From positions 205,778,001 through 205,842,000 of the forward strand of contig NC_091987.1 of assembly GCF_044704955.1 (NCBI RefSeq): DNA of 64,000 nt, in the 5' to 3' direction. Below the pieces are notes generated by a model. It was not told the origin of the DNA, did not search any database, and was given only the letters and a program-made list of their open reading frames with translations. Positions 1 to 12,039 of the stretch are shown piece after piece. The stretch's first letter is position 1; each line of letters opens with the position of its first letter. Origin of the DNA: Pristiophorus japonicus. Taxonomy: Eukaryota. The translations under genes were made by a program, and so were the position numbers.

Positions 1-1449
1 TTGAAATGTTTCTAGCATACAGACCATTGCACAAATATTCAGATAATTCATCATCAAGTAAGGATTAATCAAGTGCAAATTCATCCCAGTGCACACCACA
101 GCCTACCCACACATGGCTTAATATGGTAGGATGGATTTTTCCTTCAGGATTCAATCTCTTATAACCAAGGACAGGAACAAAAAGAAAGTTGTGTTGTTTT
201 AAAATACTCCTTTACTGAAAATTTCAGTAAGGCTTCCAATCCAAAATATGTTTTTGTTCATTTTATCAGAACTCGTCCTTTCTTATGTAACAGATGTTAT
301 ATATCTACATCATGCTAATATAATACTCTACAGTATGCAACTTAAAAGTGTAATAACCTTCTGTTAATGCCATTTGGCATTGCACTGAACATTCTGAAAA
401 CAGTAGGAATTCTTCAAATTTTAGCAGAATGCAGCCATTCCAGATGTTGACTGTTGACTTAGGTCATTGAGAAACTTAGAGATTGTTATTCAATGTCGGT
501 GCGTTTTGTTCACAAGTTGAAAGATGTGATGAGAAATGGACATTTCTCTTCAGTTTTTGTACCCTAGTGTCAGCATTGAGCACTTCATGCTCACGTATAG
601 TATGGGTCAGCTACAGTGTAAAACTGCCTTTATATTGCTCCAACAATGTGGCTTAAACCCAATGTCAGAGGAAATTGCCCTATTGATTTTACCCAGTTCC
701 TATATCAGCCATCATTTCATTCAGAGTGATAACTGTTGATAATTTAGCACTTAGTTATGTTCAGTGGACGTGGGCCCAATAGAAAGTGACTTAAGACTCC
801 CCAAAATCATTTAAATAGGACCCTGAATGTTGGCAGAAAGAGGAACTTTTTACAATACAAGTCTGATATGGATTAGAACAAGGCCAAAATTGTAGCACCT
901 TTTCTTAAGACTGTAATCTAACCTTAAGGTTCATATAATCCACAAAATCTTCGCTCACAGTTTACGATGATATTGAACCTCTCAATTAGATTGCTGCCTT
1001 GAAACACACCCAAAAGTGCTAAATTATTCCATTAAATACAGACTGTGTTGTTCAATAGGGAAAAACGGTTTAAACCAAAATCTTTAAAATAATATCATAC
1101 TGTAATCAAATGTAAAAATTTCAAAAGATTTGCTTTTTCTACAACTGTTATGTCATATAAAAGGCACATTATAAGATGCATATTTTTAATTTCATTTTTT
1201 TCTAATGGCTAGTCAATGAGAAGCTGTATTATGAGAAGTGCTGCAATATACATATCTGTACCATTATAAAGGTGCAGTTTTTTTTTGCTTATTTATATAG
1301 TTAAAATAAGCAGCAACAAAGTGTTTCAGGTTATCAGAAAATAATATTTTAACAAGGTCACAACCAGTTTTGTATATTTCAACAGTAGATAAATATCCTT
1401 TTTAAAAAAAACAGGACAGATATTTTTTCTGTACAGCATTTGTCTGGAC

Positions 1450-1686
1450 TTAGACTAGAGTTCCATTTTTTCTGTCATATTTTGCCACAGGAGTGAAACT
1501 TATTGTTGCATATTCTGTCGCGTTTTCTTTCTGTCTCGCCTTAATTTGCTTGACTGATCTCCGAGCTCCCTTTCGTGCCACCTGAACTTCAGCATAGTGG
1601 ATATTTTCTGGCTTCTTTTTATTCACTACTGCATATACTGGTATGTCGAGAGCTACTTCATCATAGGCATGAAAGTCTTCATGTAC
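1450..1686 (-). CDS. C11orf52: C11orf52 orthologue, coding exon 4 (last)
   Basis: Pyrimidine-rich acceptor ending AG at 1688-1687. Phase-0 reading VHEDFHAYDEVALDIPVYAVVNKKKPENIHYAEVQVARKGARRSVKQIKARQKENATEYATISFTPVAKYDRKNGTLV*, stop TAA at 1452-1450. Matches the recalled human C-terminus (HYADIQV...ENATEYATL...YDSKNGTLV) and is syntenic with HSPB2/CRYAB. Confidence 0.93.
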   Translation of the reverse strand, partial: VHEDFHAYDEVALDIPVYAVVNKKKPENIHYAEVQVARKGARRSVKQIKARQKENATEYATISFTPVAKYDRKNGTLV

Positions 1687-1816
1687 CTTTCAGTATAGAA
1701 ATAAGAAAGAAAATGTGATTTTGAATATGAAAGCCATTATCCTGCGGTACTGAAAAGCATTTCATTTTTATATGTTTTTACTACATTTGCCATAATGGAT
1801 GGAAAATCAGGAATAC

Positions 1817-2140
1817 GAAAGACTTGCATTTATATAGCACTTTTCATGACCACCGGATGTCCCAAAGCGCTTTACAGCCAATGAAGTCTTTTTGCAGTGT
1901 AGTCACTGTTGTAATGAAGGAAGAGCGGCAGCCAATTTGTGCACATCAAGCTCCCACAAACAGCAATGTGATAATGACCAGAAAATCTGTTTCAATGATG
2001 TTGATTGAGAGATAAATATTGGCCGGGACACCAGGGATAACTCCCCTGCTCTACTTCGAAATACTGCCATGGGATCTTTTATGTCCACCTGAGAGGGCAG
2101 ACGGGGCCTCGGTTTAACGTCCCAACCGAAAGGAGCACGC
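1817..2140 (-). mobile_element. Deu-domain SINE (SacSINE1-like), partial
   Basis: Shares the core gatcccatggca..tttcgaag..gagcagggg and the tail gctatataaatgcaagtctttc with the other copies. Confidence 0.8.
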
Positions 2141-3319
2141 AATTTCCTGATAAAGTACTCCTGGAGGGCAAGGCTTCACCACAGAGAAGTAAAAGTAGAG
2201 AATTCATTCACCCTTTAATTCCTATCATAATATTATTTAGAATTTGAAAACATAATCTAGCCTGACACTTCAGTACATTACCGAGGGAGTGACATTTTTG
2301 GATGTGCCATCCTTTGAATGAGGCATCAAAATAAGATCAATATAAGTGATCCAATTTAAAGAAGAGCATGGAGCTTTCTCAGTGCCCGAGCCAACATTCC
2401 CATAACCAACACCAGCAAAAACACATTAACTAGTCATCCATCTGATCTGTTTGTGAAATCTTGATGGACAAACTGACTGACTGCTGTGTTCATCCAAACA
2501 ACAGTCACCACATTTCAGAAAGTAATCTATTGGATGTGACGTGCTATAGGACTCCATGCAGATATGATAAGACACTATATAAATTCAACTTCTTCCATAT
2601 TTTCTTTCTTATTTTTTTCTCTGTTTAATTCCTGTGAACATTACTTAGTTGTTCCTATTGTGGTCAGAGCACTGTGTCTTCAGTTATTTTGTTAAAATGT
2701 AACGTTTTCTATGAGAATTATAATTTCATGAGTTATGCAATAATTTACCTTAAATTCTTTAGTAGAAAGGGAGCTGTGAATGTTGCCCAAGTAACCTTAC
2801 TAAATAATTATATGTTATTCTGATTAGATAAGTTATATAAAACTGAAACATTCTCTTATCGTGCCTTGCACCATTGTTTTTTTCTAACTCTTAGCTTTGT
2901 TTAGCTTGTCCTAGTTCTGTCTGGACCCAACACAGAATAAAAATGAACTAAAAAATACTTTAAATGTGCAATGTTTGACTTGCATATGCAATCTATAATC
3001 AGTCGTGTTTTTTAGTTTCCTACACAATATTTGTTACTTAAAGGATAATAAGAAGCCTGAGTCCTGAAACCTTAAAATGTTTTATGTAAAACAAAATTAA
3101 CACCAGCTAGTCTTAAGTATCTCTAACAAGTAAACATTTTGGAGATACTTTCAGGGTATTATCAGCATGCGGAAGTCTTTGGGAGATTTCACCAATAGTG
3201 AAGTGCAAGATCTGCCTCCAGCAACTTTTAATAATTGCATACTTTCTGTCTGTCAAGATGATAAACTGTAGGGGTATTATAAACTTCCATCTTTAATCTG
3301 CATTGTACATTACTATTAC

Positions 3320-3357
3320 CTGTACACGTTTACCAATTCCTGCCCTGGTCTCAGAAC
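3320..3357 (-). CDS. C11orf52: C11orf52 orthologue, coding exon 3 (38 nt)
   Basis: ttctttatag|GTTCTGAGACC...GTACAG|gtaata. Phase 1 to 0, reads (G)SETRAGIGKRVQ, compare human GSQTR. Keeps the frame between exons 2 and 4. Confidence 0.85.
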
Positions 3358-3688
3358 CTATAAAGAAAATGTTCAAAAAAAATTAGTGTCATACTTGAAG
3401 AAAACTGGAGAAACTTTGAAACTGTGATTAACACAACTTTTAAAAATGTGTCACCAAAGGTTCGGATTCCTCTATTCTATTCTATTGACTTTGAGGACAG
3501 GCCTGTCCCCAATTGAAAGGAAGTTCAGGCTTTAGCTTCACTATACGAACTGCAGCGGTTCAAGAAGGTGGCTCACCACCACCTTCTCAAGGACAATTAC
3601 GGATGGGCAATAAATGCTGGCCTTGCCAGCGTCGCCCACATCCCAGGAATAAATTTAAAAAAATCTGTTTTAAGTTTGTCAGCATGTA

Positions 3689-3723
<35 letters not shown>

Positions 3724-3795
3724 CTGATGCAGAGAAGATTAGCATGGCCCCTATGCAAGGATGACACGCAAATTCGTGACGCGTTCCATATTTTT
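3689..3795 (+). pseudogene. RNU6: Full-length U6 snRNA retropseudogene fused to a CR1 3' end
   Basis: 107 nt GTGCTTGCTTCGGCAGCACATATACTAAAATTGG...CGTTCCATATTTTT. About 7 differences from canonical U6, including ACAGAGA box changed to GCAGAGA. Followed directly by LINE sequence. Confidence 0.92.
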
Positions 3796-3900
3796 GGGAA
3801 TCAAGGGATATGGAGATCGGGCAAGAAAATGGAGTTGAGGTCGATGATCAGCCATGATCTTATTGAATGGCGGAGCAGGCTCGAATTTCTTATGTTCTTA
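3796..3900 (+). mobile_element. CR1/HER1 LINE 3' end joined to U6
   Basis: gggaatcaagggatatgg...gatcagccatgatcttattgaatggcggagcaggctcga...ttcttatgttctta matches the 3' ends of other CR1 copies in the window (e.g. 18600-18735). Confidence 0.85.
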
Positions 3901-4662
3901 AATCACACATTGATTTGTTGATCAATTTTTTTCCCTTTCTCTTAGTGGGGAAGTATCTAGCTTTTGCTCCATGTCTCTTTAACAGCAGTGGTAATATCAG
4001 GGGCTCACAACATAAGGAAGAACGGCCATGAACTTTTATCCGACTGCCAAGAGGCACAATACTTTCAAGCACCAATGTGCGATGCAACAACCCATTCATA
4101 ATGCAAACTTTAAGATACTTAAAAAAAAATTATAAAATAATTTCACAAACTTCGACTAAGAAAATGCTTCAGATCTGATAAATATATGATCATACCAGAT
4201 GTGTTCCACATGAGGATGTGCTTTAATGTGCCCATACAGAGATACTACTGCAACACTGGTGCAGGATCATCGCAGGACATAGCCTTCTAAGTTCAGCCAT
4301 GAGGGGGACACTCAAAGAAGACATTCAACAGCCAAATATTTTTGTGAATGATTGGTTCGGTACCCATGTGGACTAAAAGCCATTGTCACTGGTGGTTTCT
4401 TAGCTTATCAACATTTTCAAGGCTTTCAATTTTTTCCCTTTATTTCATTTTTGCACACTCTGCACATTTTTGTTCTCTGTTTAAAATTTTCCACTTCTCT
4501 TTTCATAAAGCAGATCATTTTGATTTGAAGCTAGAATAGTTCTTGTACTCAATTCCAGCCACCTGGTGGCACGATCAATAAAGTAAAGAACATTAACTTT
4601 CCTAATTTGTGCACAGTGACACCTAGTGGTCTGTATTGAGTGATACAACACATTTAAAGTAA

Positions 4663-4890
4663 AGAAACGCTTGCATTTCTATAGCCCCATTCACCCCTCC
4701 GAATGTCCCAAAGTGCTTTACAGCCAATAAAGTACTTTTGGAGTGTAGTCACTGTTGCAATGTAGGACATGCAGCAGCCAATTTACGCACAGCAAGGTCC
4801 CACAAACAGCAATGAAATAATGACTAGTTAATCTGTTTTTTAGTGATGTTGGTTAAGGGATAAATATTGGTCAGGACACCAGGGAGGTTT
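4663..4890 (-). mobile_element. Deu-domain SINE 3' part
   Basis: Same family tail and body. Confidence 0.75.
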
Positions 4891-5067
4891 CCTTTACAAT
4901 GAATGTACTGTACTATCAAGGGGAAGTGCTTTCCCACAGGTGGGAGCAGACTGGAGGGTAAATCACCCTGGTACATTCTCACACACCTTAAACCAGCCAG
5001 CATTGGAAGCAGGTCCTTAATCCTGTTGGGCCAGTAATGTGGATGGTATGAGCAACTATCAGTGGTA

Positions 5068-5560
5068 AAGGAGGATGAGTGCAGCACCAACAACACTGAA
5101 GAAGCTCAACACCATCCAGGACAAAGCAGCCTGCTTGATTGGCACCCCATCCACCACCTTAAACATTCACTCCCTCCACCACCGGCACAACACGGCTGCA
5201 GTGTGTAGCATCTACAAGAGGCACTACAGTAGCTCGCTTAGGCTTCTTCGACAGCACCTCCCAAACCCACGGCCTCTACCACCTAGAAGGACAAGGGCAG
5301 CAGGTGCATGGGAGCACCACCACTTCCAAGTTCCCCTCCAAGTCACACACCATTCTGACTTGAATATATCGGCCGTTCCTTCATCATCGCTGGGTCAAAA
5401 TCCTGGAACTCCCTCCTGACAGCAATGTGATAGTATCTTCACTATCGGGATTGCAGTGGTTCAAGAAGGTGGCTCACCACCACCTTCTCAAGGGCAATTA
5501 GAGATGATCAATAAATGCTGGCCTTACCAGCGAGGCCCACATCCCGTGACTGAATAAAAG
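5068..5560 (+). mobile_element. CR1-group LINE (separate family) 3' fragment
   Basis: IQDKAACLIG...KSWNSLP and the tail ggctcaccaccaccttctcaagggcaattag. Homologous to 50970-51820. Confidence 0.75.
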
Positions 5561-5612
5561 TGAATAAATAATACAGGAAAGAAAACCCACAAAAAAATTG
5601 AATCAATAATCG

Positions 5613-5706
5613 ATGACGAAAGGTCATCGATCTGAAATGTTAACTCTTTTTCTCTCTCCACAGATGCTGCCTGTCCTGCTGAGTATTTCCAGCATTTTCT
5701 GTTTTC
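5613..5706 (+). repeat. Short dispersed repeat, probably a Penelope-like terminal repeat fragment
   Basis: tgacgaaaggtcatcgatctgaaatgttaactc...ccacagatgctgcc. Related copies near 43975-44075, 48965-49130 and 54780-54955. Confidence 0.5.
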
Positions 5707-5737
5707 TGACAAATTACTGGTTTATCCATTCACTTAC

Positions 5738-5781
5738 CTGTACTGTTGTTTTTTGATTTTTTGATTTTTTTGGATTTGTTC
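5738..5781 (-). CDS. C11orf52: C11orf52 orthologue, coding exon 2 (44 nt, polybasic)
   Basis: ttttctccaacag|GAACAAATCC...AGTACAG|gtaagt. Phase 2 to 1, reads (K)NKSKKIKKSKNNST(G). Lysine-rich like the human KKKKTG exon. Confidence 0.87.
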
Positions 5782-6819
5782 CTGTTGGAGAAAAATATTC
5801 TTAAGTCAGTGGAAATTTTGTAATTAAAGTTCTTTGTATTTTTAAAAAAATATTACATACATATTTGCAGAGAACATATTGGGGCTGATTTTACTCAGAG
5901 GTCGCATACAGATCATTGCACAAATATTTGAGGGGGGGGGGGCGCGGCAAGTAGTAAGCTTGCATGTCGACGCTGCCTGAGGCTTCATTTCTATGCCCGC
6001 TCAGGGCGGGTGGGGGACTCACATAGTTTTCTTGTTTGGAGGAGGGGGAAGCCCTTGGCAGGGGAGGTGCAAGGTGTCCTTGTGGAGCCCAGAGGATCAG
6101 TCCTACTTCTCTTGACCCACAGTGAAACTTGTGGGCCACCTTGATCCATCTTCCGTCAGCTTTGACTTGGTGGAGAAGCCTCAGGTTAATCTTAAAGTCT
6201 GGCCCGATTATGTTATTGGAGCCTGATCTGTATATTTAAAGAAGGATCCGCCGGCTTCAAGCAGGTGCCCTTGCCGCCTGCAATTTAAAAATTAGTCAAG
6301 TCAGTCAAATCGGGACGGGTAGGCAGTATGCAAGTCCCCTGTTCTGGTTTGGCTGCTGCTGCATTTTCCCAACATTACAACAGTGTCTACACTTCAAAGG
6401 CACTTCATTGGCTATGAAGCATTTTAGGATGTCCTGAGAATGTGAAAGAAGCTTTATAAATTCTTTCTTTAAAACATGAGGTATCTTTAGGCTGCTGTTA
6501 CATCAGCTGCATTTATATTCCTGGCATAAATTTGAAGGTTCCTGCACATCCGTCATATTTATAGTACAATTTGCATTCATTTTGACACAGCATTAATGCT
6601 CAAGCTGCAATCTAACTGCTTCATTCAATACTTTTGGGAGCTTCTGAAATACAGAAGCTGCATCTGATGACTGGAGGTGGCGAATATTTAAAAGGGAGTG
6701 TGAACTATCAGGGAAAAATCACCCAACTGGTTTAACATTGGTGGTGGGGAAAATGTTTTGAATGCATCTTACAAGACAATGGTTATCTAAAGAGCACAAA
6801 AATCATTATAGGAAAATGG

Positions 6820-7760
6820 CAAAGTTTTATATTCAATAAATAATACCTCACTAATCTACTGGAATTCCATAGGGTAGTTCATAAAAGTTAGCTCGCTAGA
6901 ATAAAGATTAGCACAAGTGGCAAGTGGTGTCCGACAAACTTGATTTGAACTCTTTAACGGAGTGGGGTTGATGAAGGTACTGCAGTTGATATTGTGCACA
7001 GACTTTCAAAAGGTATTTGATAAAGTGCCACATAATAGGCATTAGCAAAATTGAAGGCATGGGATTTAAAGGGGCAGTGGCAGCATGGATATAGGAAAAA
7101 AAAGTTTTTAGGTGTTGATTGAGGGATAAATATTGGCCCGGACACCAGGGGGAGAACTCCCCCGTTCTTCTTCGAATAGTGCCATGGGATCTTTTACATC
7201 CACCCGAAAGGGCAGATGGGAGCCTCAGTTTAACGTCTCATCCGAAAGACGGCACCTCTGCCAGTGCAACGCACCCTCAGCACTGGAGTGTCAGCTTAGA
7301 TTATGTGCTCGATTCGCTCTTGAACCCACAACCTCCCGCTGCAGAGGCACGCAAGCTACCAACTGAGCTACAGCTGACACCAAGCCACCGGACTGTGTAC
7401 AAGAGTAACTTGGAATGGCTTAGTGTCCTTTAAAACACTTACTGCTCATTTTTTGGATTTCTTTCACAAGGTCAGAAAGTTTAATAACTGAAGATCTTAA
7501 TTTTACCTGGGAACATAAGTTGTGAAAAAGACAATAGCGGATGGTGTCCGTTAGTACAACGTATTGTAGCTCCAGCAAAAAGTTTGTACATGGAACTGGA
7601 GCCACAGATAGATAGGTGGAGATAGACAGATTTTTGAAGGAAAAGGGAGTCGAGGGTTATCGGGAGTGGGTGGGGAAGTGGGGCTGAGTCCATGATCAGA
7701 TCAGCCATGATCTAATTGAAAGGCGGGGCAGACGCATTAGGGCCAGGTAGCCTACTTCTG
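6820..7760 (+). mobile_element. Old CR1 remnants with a Deu-SINE insertion (7110-7382, minus)
   Basis: Decayed RT sequence (gactttcaaaaggtatttgataaagtgccaca) and a CR1 tail ttcttatgttcttatg near 7770. Confidence 0.65.
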
Positions 7761-8349
7761 CTCCTACTTCTTATGTTCTTATGTAGAACAATTTCCGAAA
7801 TTCAGCTGTGCCAGCAAGAGCAAGCACAGAGTGAAGGCATGGCAAAGGAAGACCCAAAAATGGGCATGGGCAAAATACACATGATCTTTGCCCAAAAATC
7901 AAACAATTATTTTTTTTTAAAATGAGAAAAATAGAATACAATAAAGCATCAGAAGTATCCATATATCATATTTTGTATTTCATGATGTTGACTTCACATT
8001 CTAATTACTGGAACTAATCTTTCCTTTGGACAAAATATCAATATTCTGAACCTATGCCACAGGAACATAATTAGCAATTGCTTTGCCTCCAGCTCCACTG
8101 GATCAACCCACAAAGGAATATGCTGCACAATTAAACCCTTATTTTGTGCTTCTTTGCCTAATTAACTTTAACCAATTAATTTTAACATATGGTACAATCA
8201 GGATACATTATGAAGACCCGTGGGATATGACTTATTTCCCACCTCAGGAGGGAACCATTACTCAGACTTCGCGAGATATCAAGGTTAGCCCACTAGTGGG
8301 ACGCAAATCATAACCATGGGACTTTATAATGTAGCCTCTACTCTACTGT

Positions 8350-8830
8350 TTAAGAGAAGATTTATGAGGATGTTGCCAGGACTGGAGAATTTTAGCTATG
8401 AGGACAAATTGGATAGGCTAGGTCATTTTTCTTTGGAACCTAGGAAGCTGAGGGGAGATTTGATTGAGATGTGTAAAATTATGAGGGGCCCAGATAGAGT
8501 GGATAGGAAGGACCTATTTCCCTTAGCAGAGGGGTCAACAACCAGGGAGCAGAGAGTTAAAATAATTGGTAGAAGGATTAGAAGGGAGTTGAGGAGAATT
8601 TTTTTCAGAGGGTGGTGGGGGGGTCTAGAACTCACTGCCAGAGAGGATGGTAAAGGCAGAAATCCTCATCACATTTAAAACGTACTTGGATATGCACTTG
8701 AAGTGCCGTAATCTACAGGGCTACGGACCAAGAGCTGGAAAGTGGGATTAGGCTGGATAGCTCTTTTTTAGCAGGCACAGATACGATGAGCCGAATGATT
8801 CCTTCTGAGCCATAAATTTCTATAATTCTA
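8350..8830 (+). mobile_element. CR1 3' fragment
   Basis: RRFMRMLPGL...LRGDLIEM and a ttctat tail. Confidence 0.85.
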
Positions 8831-9089
8831 TATATGAGAAACAAGGCCAAAAAGTTGAACCTTTACTTTTTCAATGTTATTTTTCTGGAGGAAAATGAGT
8901 GAAAATGGCCACCACTGTAATATTCTACATTTCCAGCTGTTGTGTCCCTATCCAAAACTCTCTTTCAAAATGCCATGCTACCTTTCTCCCTGCCTTCAAA
9001 ACCCTTCTAAATACCTCTCTCTTTGGCCATGCCTTTGATTTCCTTCACCCCTCCCGCCGAATTATTTTACTTCCTTCTTAGGGCAGACT

Positions 9090-9620
9090 AACAAAAACTT
9101 GGTCAAAGAGGTAGGATTTAAGGAGCGTCTTAAAGGAGGAGAGAAAGGTAGAGAGGCGGAGAGGTTTAGGCAGGGTATTCCAGAGCTAAGGGCCTTGGCA
9201 ACTGAAGGCACAGCCACCAATGGTTGAGCGATTATAATCAGGGATGTTCAAGAGGGCAGAATTAGAGGAGTACAGATATCTCGAGGGGGGGGGGGGGGTT
9301 TGCAGGGCTGGAGGAGATTATGGAGATAGGGAGGGGCGAGGCCATGGAGGAATTTGAAAACAAAGATGAGAATTTTGAAATTGAGGCTTTGCTTAACTGG
9401 GACCCAATGTTGGTCAGCGCGCACAGGGGTGATGGGTGAATGGAACTTGGTGCGAGTTAGGACACGGTCAGCCGAGTTTTGGGTGACCTCAAGTTTACGT
9501 AGGGTAGAATGCGGGAATAGTCAAGCCGAGAGGTAACAAAGGCATGGATGAGGATTTCAGCAATGGATGAGCTGAGGCAAGGGCGGAGACGGGTGATGTT
9601 ACGAAGTTGAAAATAGACAC
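9090..9620 (-). mobile_element. L2-like LINE 3' fragment
   Basis: AEILIHAFVTSRLDY motif. Homologous to 14195-14745 and 19467-20140. Confidence 0.8.
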
Positions 9621-10279
9621 CATAAACCTTGAACCTGTCATACAAGTCAGTGCAGTTTCCACAGTATGTCGAAAGCAGATGAATTATTTTCTGGTTTTTT
9701 TCACAAGGTATTTTTTTTTTTAAATGTGTATAATTACTTGGCACAACTGGAGACAGTAGACTTACAAATTTGACCCTGGTAATTGCTGACAGCACAGAAA
9801 GACTGGCAGAATTGTACCAATTCCTATTTAGTAGGTGAAATGTCATACCAGTATTTCAATAAAAGCTTTCCTGTATTGACAGTTGATGTCACTGCATGGT
9901 CACACCTCCCTCTGGATGGAGCACAAACAATGAGGTGCTGAAAATATCTGAAAGCAGATATGTTTTGTGTTTGCTTGTAAAGTTCACCAACTGTATTTTA
10001 GTGGTGCTGGAAGCGTCTTTGTGAATTGCAGAGGAGCAATTTTTTCCATGTTTCACATTGTGGTTCTTTCTCGAACACTGACAGTAGGGAGCTGGTATGT
10101 TAGGAGGCAGGTCAGTTTTTTGCTAAGCAAGTGTCTAACTCAATTTACTGCTTTCCTGGCCCAGATCAAAATCTCACATTTTAGGGAATTATGAGAGTGA
10201 ATCTCTATTTTTAAACCACTTTATGATACCATACAGTGAGTTGGTAAAAGGAGCTGTGCCATTGTTGAATGTATTACCA

Positions 10280-10573
10280 TCACCATAGGCAGTCCCCCAA
10301 AATCGAGGAAGACTTGCTTCCACTCTAAAAGTGAGTTCTCAGGTGACTGTACAGTTCAATACAGTCTCTGTCACAGGTGGGACAGACAGTCAGTGAAGGA
10401 AAAGATGGGTGGGAGAGTCTGGTTTGCCACACGCTCCTTCCGCTGTCTGTGCTTGATTTCTGCATGCTCTCGGCGACGAGACTCGAGGTGCTCAGCACTT
10501 CCTCCACTTAGGGCGGTCTTGGACCAGGGATTCCCAGGTGCCGGATGGGATGTTGCACTTTATCATGGAGGCT
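10280..10573 (-). mobile_element. RTE-clade LINE 3' fragment
   Basis: 15-bp TSD TTGAATGTATTACCA (10265-10279 and 10574-10588). Encodes WESLVQDRPKWR...CPTCDR..LYSHLRTH. Homologous to 29934-30240. Confidence 0.8.
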
Positions 10574-10865
10574 TTGAATGTATTACCAGCCAGAAACAGA
10601 CAGCTGTATATATGGAAATGGTACAGGACATTATCTGTTGTTGCAGTCTTACTAGTACTGTCGCTCACACTCTTACTCATTTGCATACCTCCGCACCTTT
10701 AGTGACAGCTGTTCTGTACATGCACAAGTTGCATTATGCAGATCACTCCACTTAAGAGATATTATTAAAATCATGATCTGGTAGGATTCAACTTACAAAT
10801 ATTGAGACGAGTCAAAGAGCTAAGTCTAAGTTAGCTTCATCAATTGAGCTGCCAGCATGTAATAA

Positions 10866-11313
10866 CAGAAAGACTTGCCTTTCACAACATCAGGACATCC
10901 CAAAGCACTTTACAGCCAATGAAGTACTTTTTGAAGTGTAGTCACTGTTGTAGGAAATGCAGCAGCCAATTTGCGCACAGCAAGCTTTACCTCCAACAGC
11001 AATGTGATAATGACCAGATAATCTGTTTTAGTGATTTTAGTGGGATAAATATTGGCCAAGACACCGGGCATAACTCCCCTGCTCTTCTTCAAAATAGTGC
11101 CATGTAATCTTTTCCATCCATCTGAGAGAGCAGACAGGGTCTCGTCTTAATGTGTCATCCAAAAGATGGCACCTCTGACAGTGGAGCACTCTTTAAGTAC
11201 CGCACTAGAGTATCAGCCTAGCTTTTGTGCTCAAGTCTCTGGAGTAGTTCTATGAACCCACAACCTTCTGACTCAGAGTCAAGGGTGCTACCAACGAGCC
11301 ACTGGCTAACACC
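10866..11313 (-). mobile_element. Deu-domain SINE, near full length
   Basis: tRNA-like head (A/B boxes), body and tail. Confidence 0.8.
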
Positions 11314-11486
11314 ATGTAAGTTATGGAGAAATTTAAACTAGCAGTGACAAATTGATAGATGCAATATTCTGGGGGAAGTGAGGAGTAGTTTTTAGTACTG
11401 AGTGACCAAGTTAGTTCTAGCCCTTGCAGTGTATCGCGACATTAAATAAGGATACTATTTTCATGTGATATTGGTTTATTTACTCT

Positions 11487-11610
11487 AGAAACATAGACAT
11501 AGAAACATAGAAAATAGGTGCAGGAGTAGGCCATTCAGCCCTTCGAGCCTGCACCGCCATTCAATGAGTTCATGGCTGAACATGCAACTTCAGAACCCCA
11601 TTCCTGCTGT
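11487..11610 (-). mobile_element. Very short 3' copy of the young CR1 family
   Basis: Matches 43460-43588, including the tail repeat. Confidence 0.85.
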
Positions 11611-12039
11611 GTGTGTGTTTCTGTGTTTCAAAAATATGTACATTTGCATTTTTATGCTTTAAAGGGAAATTATAGGATGAATTATAGTGCCAACAGAATC
11701 TCGTGTTACACAATGTATTCGCTTTATCTGTGTTTTGATAATATAAGGAACACATTCAAGGACTGTATCTGCTGGAACATAATTGTCCAACTGAAGATTA
11801 GAATTTTTAGAACAGTCTGTTCCGGGTTATTCCAAGAACTGAGCCTGCCCTGGAAATTACCCATTGCTAACTCTTTATTAAAGATGCATCTTAATGAAGA
11901 ATGATGTTTCAAAATTTCACCGTGATGACTTAAATTACACCATTGCATCACTTGTATGTAATGTCACCACAATAAAGTAACACAGAGCTCCGCTTCCTTT
12001 CCAAATGGGAAAAAAAAGAGGGCATAGATTTAATGCGAT

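Noticed and set aside
3689-3795. Functional U6 gene
   Set aside because: ACAGAGA box mutated, no evident PSE/TATA upstream, and fused to a LINE tail.
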